From IMG/VR virus record IMGVR_UViG_3300003316_000129: 64,000 nucleotides of DNA; one strand, written 5' to 3'. This document shows positions 60,127-64,000 of this stretch, piece by piece. The stretch's first letter is position 1; each line of letters starts with the position of its first letter. The position numbers and the translations under genes are program-made. Origin of the DNA: an uncultured virus (IMG/VR IMGVR_UViG_3300003316_000129). Taxonomy: Duplodnaviria; Heunggongvirae; Uroviricota; Caudoviricetes. The notes beneath the pieces are model-generated. The model searched no databases. It was given only the letters and a program-made list of their open reading frames with translations, and was not told the origin of the DNA.

Positions 60127-60653
60127 TTTACTTTTAGTTTAGTTTTAAATGAATTTAATACCCTGCGCAATTGAGTGTACACGGTATCTTTTGAAATATT
60201 CAATCTAAGCGCTATTTCTTTTGGACTTAATTGTTCAAAATAAGCCAATTTGAATATGCGTTTTCGGTCTTCCGGCAATTGCTCAATTGCTACATGTATA
60301 GCCTCGATCAATTCGGTTTTTATAGAATATTCATAGATCAATAAGGTATCATCTTCCATATGTTTGGCAAACTCATTAAAACGTCTTTGCTTTCTATCCC
60401 TGTGTTTAATATAATTTAGTGCTTTATTTCTTGCTGTAACATACAAAAATGCCTGAATTTCTCCATTGCTATTAAATAGGGTGCATCTTGCAAACAATGC
60501 CTGGAATGCCATTAAAACAATGTCTTCTGCCTCTTGTTTGTTATTCAGTATCTTATCCACGAAATACAATAATTTGGCGTAGTATTCATTGAATACTATT
60601 CGGAATGCCCGTTCGCTTCCATTTTTAAATTCATAGATAAGATCAGATTCCAT
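60123..60653 (-). CDS. ECF sigma factor, Bacteroidota type
   Basis: G.E.AF..F..YY..L; AEDIV...F; FLY.TARN.ALN; AI.QLP...RIF.L..F..LS..EIA..LNIS..TV. Confidence 0.9.
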   Translation of the reverse strand: MESDLIYEFKNGSERAFRIVFNEYYAKLLYFVDKILNNKQEAEDIVLMAFQALFARCTLFNSNGEIQAFLYVTARNKALNYIKHRDRKQRRFNEFAKHMEDDTLLIYEYSIKTELIEAIHVAIEQLPEDRKRIFKLAYFEQLSPKEIALRLNISKDTVYTQLRRVLNSFKTKLKVK

Positions 60654-60656
60654 AAA

Positions 60657-60887
60657 CTAACTATTTAAATAGCGTTTAATATCTGAGGCAATAATATGCC
60701 TTATAGATATAAGCCAGCAAATACCAGCAATAAATGCAATCATACAAGTGCCGCCTCCCCATATTAAAAAAATATGTGGCGCTTCTTTTGGGAAATCATT
60801 AATAGCAGCATAGGCAACGATTGAGATTATCCAAATGATGAAAGATGAAACGCATATGCAGGACAGAAAAACAATAATCTTTTTCAT
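60657..60887 (-). CDS. Two-TM membrane protein
   Basis: Two hydrophobic helices. Confidence 0.6.
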   Translation of the reverse strand: MKKIIVFLSCICVSSFIIWIISIVAYAAINDFPKEAPHIFLIWGGGTCMIAFIAGICWLISIRHIIASDIKRYLNS

Positions 60888-61073
60888 GTTTAATGTGATT
60901 TTTAAATATTATAAATAATTGATCTATTTTAATGTTACATGCCAGCAAGCTATAATATCATAATTCCGAAATTCCCATAAGAGACAATCTTTGTTCGAGT
61001 GGTTACGTGTCCGACCTATATCTAGTGCCATATTCCCCCTAACTTGAAGAAACCAAAATTTATTCATATTTAA

Positions 61074-61289
61074 TTAGTTAATGTGTTTAGGTTCGTAAAG
61101 AATACACCCAAAATCTTCACCTGTCATTAGCTTAACATGTAGGTTACTATCATCATCAGCGCTGGCAACAATATCAAACGTTTTCTTTTTGTCTGGATCG
61201 GGTTTGCAGTCGGGCCTATCACAATCGGAAACCCCATCTGTGATATTATAACTAACGTTCCAGTATTTACAGGTTTTGCAAGTATTCAT
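61074..61289 (-). CDS. Cys-rich small protein
   Basis: CKTCKYW..C..TGEDFGCI. Confidence 0.65.
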   Translation of the reverse strand: MNTCKTCKYWNVSYNITDGVSDCDRPDCKPDPDKKKTFDIVASADDDSNLHVKLMTGEDFGCILYEPKHIN

Positions 61290-61547
61290 AAATATATTTT
61301 TTGATTTGGTTAATCAATGTCAATAGGGATAACAACAACATAGGGCCATGTTGTACCTGATATGTACCCACATTTTTTAATAAACGCTAACCATTTTTCG
61401 CTATATTCCGAAAGCCCTAAATCTTCAGGATAGATGTAAATTGCTTTTGTCATGACAATTCATTTTATAAATTAACGTTTGTATTTAATGGATAGGATAA
61501 GGTACGGCCTTACTAGGTCATAATTTCAGGCCGTCCATTGTAATTAT

Positions 61548-61757
61548 TTAATAGCGGGACGTGTATTCCATTTTGCGGGATAATGGCCCCGGTTTATGTG
61601 TTGAATTGTAGTTTTCGCAATATTCCCGCGCTTCTTGTTCGGTGTTAAATTCTCTATGTCGCGTCCGTCTTGCCCCTGGATCGGGGACTATTTTTTTCTC
61701 TCCACTTGAAGTTCGTTCATATCTGTACCAATTGCGAGTGAAACATGTGTAAGGCAT
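61548..61757 (-). CDS. Hypothetical early protein
   Basis: F.RNWY..TEQEARE.C..YN...PGPLSRK.EY. Confidence 0.65.
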   Translation of the reverse strand: MPYTCFTRNWYRYERTSSGEKKIVPDPGARRTRHREFNTEQEAREYCENYNSTHKPGPLSRKMEYTSRY

Positions 61758-61819
61758 AAAATTAATTTTAATTAATTATTAAATTTTGGTTAGTCTTTAT
61801 TGTGTTTAATAGGTAGGTA

Positions 61820-62677
61820 TTAGTTCTTGAAGTGGTCGTTCCCGAATTTTATTAAATAGTCCGCCGGGAATGTGTGACAGCCTATTTTAACAAGTTCCCC
61901 AACTTCATTAACACTATAATGGGAAATAGCGTCCCCAACAGCTAAATGACCGCTTTTAATTTTCTCCCAAAATGAACGGGCAGCGGGAATGGGTATTTTT
62001 ACGCCTTGAGTAGTCTCTACACTGTTCATATCTTCACTCATTCTTAAATAATCAACATCAATTTTTGTGTAGAGGCGGTCGGTTTCATAGTTTAACCATT
62101 TTTTAAGCGCTGCCTTATGTTCTCTTTTTTCTTTAGCGGCCTCTTTCTTTCTGTTAGCCTCAAATATGGCCAATTGATTCTCTTGGTATTCTGTGCATTG
62201 TTCCGCTGATTCTATAGCCAAAATTGAAGATAATGAGTCGGGAACGGCATAATTAAAGAAATCGGCATACTTTTTCACCCTGGCTAAAATGCTGTGAATC
62301 TCAAATAGATATTTTTCTGGTTTTTTAGCATTTATAAGTTTAGGGGCTATTGCTTTTGCTTGGCTCAACCAGTCTGCAAAATTTGCAACGCTTGTATTGT
62401 TTAAATCGGGGCAATAAATGACATTTAAATGGCTACACGCCTGCCTGACTATAGTAATATGTTTAGCCGTTGTATTACTATATGTTCGTTCTGTGAATAA
62501 TACTGCTTTTTCTCCATTCTCATTTTCAATATGTCGGGCTATAGGAAAATGACGGCCATAGGAGTAAATTGTATCTCCCTCATAATAGAAATTAGAGCCG
62601 TTAGTAGCTTCATGTTGTACTTTATTAGCCCACATGTGAGCAATTGTACTGTTTTCGCCGCGAAATACCTTTTTCAT
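61820..62677 (-). CDS. Hypothetical early protein
   Basis: H.WAN; IYSYGRHFPIA; YS.TT.KH; IGCH motifs. Confidence 0.75.
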   Translation of the reverse strand: MKKVFRGENSTIAHMWANKVQHEATNGSNFYYEGDTIYSYGRHFPIARHIENENGEKAVLFTERTYSNTTAKHITIVRQACSHLNVIYCPDLNNTSVANFADWLSQAKAIAPKLINAKKPEKYLFEIHSILARVKKYADFFNYAVPDSLSSILAIESAEQCTEYQENQLAIFEANRKKEAAKEKREHKAALKKWLNYETDRLYTKIDVDYLRMSEDMNSVETTQGVKIPIPAARSFWEKIKSGHLAVGDAISHYSVNEVGELVKIGCHTFPADYLIKFGNDHFKN

Positions 62678-62739
62678 AAAATCGTTTTTAGATAAAAATT
62701 ATTTAATCAGTTTTATTTCTTGCTATTAGAGATAATTAT

Positions 62740-63030
62740 TTACTCAAACCAAATATCTTTTATTCTTTCTGTACCCCATACTCTTTTTGTGCCATTATCT
62801 TTGTCTACCATTGTAAACTTGGGGTTGCCGTTTTTGTATAATAAGCTAATGCTTTTTATATTTTCAGGCGTTAATTCAGAGATTGGGATAAATGTATTAG
62901 TGGCTTTAACATGTTGAATACCTAATAATACCCACGTTCCGGAAGGTGTAAAACGCATATCTGTGCGCATTATTTGACCTTTTTCATTGACTTTGTATGT
63001 TTTACCAAATGTGGTATATATGGTTAACAT
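62740..63030 (-). CDS. Hypothetical protein
   Basis: Likely start MLTIY. Confidence 0.6.
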   Translation of the reverse strand: MLTIYTTFGKTYKVNEKGQIMRTDMRFTPSGTWVLLGIQHVKATNTFIPISELTPENIKSISLLYKNGNPKFTMVDKDNGTKRVWGTERIKDIWFE

Positions 63031-63491
63031 TGGTTTTGTTTTAATCGTTTGTAATAAACTTACATGCAACTAAGAGTATAAGAGGGAGCGCTACAATCAG
63101 CGCTCCAAAGCATACGGCAATCATTTTAGGAGATTTTTTCAAGTTCTGAAATGAACGGAATAAGACCTATACCATGCAGCCCATACCCGATAGCATCAAA
63201 TGCGATATGGAAAATGAAAATATCGGCCCCTATTTTTGAGATTAGCACACCTACAATGATCAAAACCGTCCCCACGATACAACGATGTGTTTTAGAGTGC
63301 CCCTTACCAACTATGTGGTTGGAGATGGCCTTTGAAAGATTCAGTTTTACAATTAGTCTAGCAATGAAGGTGCGAATAAAATAAATTTTTAGTTTTAATA
63401 AGTAGTTAATTCTTTCTTTTGGGTTTTGTTACAGATAAAGCAAATAGGACTGGCATACAGGCAGTAAAAAGAGTAGCACCGTATCCGATTA

Positions 63492-63507
63492 CAAAGATAA
63501 TATCTTT
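63492..63507 (-). promoter_or_regulatory. -7 promoter box TATCTTTG overlapped by palindrome AAAGATA-A-TATCTTT
   Basis: Direct sequence. Confidence 0.65.
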
Positions 63508-63557
63508 TATCATAAACGAACGAGAATTTTCTGTTTTAACAAAATTTTGATAGTCCT

Positions 63558-63758
63558 TTAGTAATTTATAACCCAACACGTTCCCTGAAAATCGATTATA
63601 TCATATCCAGGGTGGTTGCCTCCTTTTTGGTAACGATTGTATTTAACATGAACATATGATGGCGACGTGTAGCCCATTTGCTTTGCAAATTTGCTAACCG
63701 GTAACGCGTTGGCGGGAAGCTTTGTAACTGTTTCGTATTTGGTGCCTTTTATTCTCAT
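63558..63758 (-). CDS. Small putative HTH DNA-binding protein
   Basis: VSKFAKQMGYTSPSYVH HTH-like segment; lies between two operator-like palindromes. Confidence 0.55.
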   Translation of the reverse strand: MRIKGTKYETVTKLPANALPVSKFAKQMGYTSPSYVHVKYNRYQKGGNHPGYDIIDFQGTCWVINY

Positions 63759-63763
63759 ATACG

Positions 63764-63779
63764 CAAAGGTATTATCTTT
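63764..63779 (-). promoter_or_regulatory. -7 promoter box TACCTTTG overlapped by palindrome AAAGGTA-T-TATCTTT
   Basis: Direct sequence; 5 nt from the ATG. Confidence 0.65.
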
Positions 63780-64000
63780 AATCTTTTTAGAAAAAATATT
63801 TTCATGGCCTATCTTTTGAAGTTCAGGTAATGAAAAGATGAATAATAAACGGTTATGAATATGGCCACAATTGTAATGAGGGCCAATATTACAGGGAGCG
63901 CTCTTTTGATCATTGTAAAAAGTTTAACGCGTTATCAATAAATTGTTTCATTTTTTCATTGTTGGATGGGTTGTAATCGTCATTCCACAGGTTACCCCTA

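Noticed and set aside
63151..63384. Plus-strand 77-aa ORF in the leftward early region
   Set aside because: Runs against the local transcription direction with no promoter or start context; likely spurious
1..64000. CRISPR array, tRNA or rRNA genes, diversity-generating retroelement, integrase
   Set aside because: No regular repeat-spacer run, cloverleaf, reverse transcriptase or recombinase was recognised by eye; tRNAscan and repeat finders were not run
1..64000. Stop-codon reassignment as in some crAss-like phages
   Set aside because: Long genes are intact under the standard code, and TAG and TGA end genes at sensible positions

Overview
This 64-kb window is an AT-rich stretch of a tailed dsDNA phage genome, with no host housekeeping genes. 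A Bacteroidota host is inferred from TAnnTTTG promoter boxes, A-rich start regions without Shine-Dalgarno sequences and a Bacteroidota-type ECF sigma factor. Layout: (1) 0.1-11.3 kb, small early/middle genes plus a replication module (two DnaA-domain-IV-like proteins, a Fis-like HTH, a DnaC-like ATPase and SSB). (2) 11.8-20.9 kb, a glycosylation cluster of six glycosyltransferases and an O-methyltransferase, interleaved with HNH homing endonucleases. (3) 21-24 kb, GroEL plus two GroES-like genes. (4) 24-54 kb, a podovirus-like, crAss-like virion block: portal, TerL, scaffold, major capsid protein, ring proteins, nozzle, ejection proteins and an SGNH-esterase tail fibre. (5) 54-57.5 kb, lysis genes including a GH19 endolysin. 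(6) 57.6-64 kb, leftward small genes including lipoproteins and the ECF sigma factor. The most unusual observations are: a recurring A-B-A'-B' (pseudoknot or antisense-switch) RNA leader directly before three different HNH genes; HNH genes that supply or replace the 5' end of the next gene; two internally deleted HNH relics; a 14-bp hairpin masking the portal start region; a basic gene nested out of frame inside the 1737-aa ejection protein; and a palindromic operator over two early promoters. There are two N gaps (10767-10861, 40169-40228). All protein calls come from motif recognition by eye; no database searches were run.
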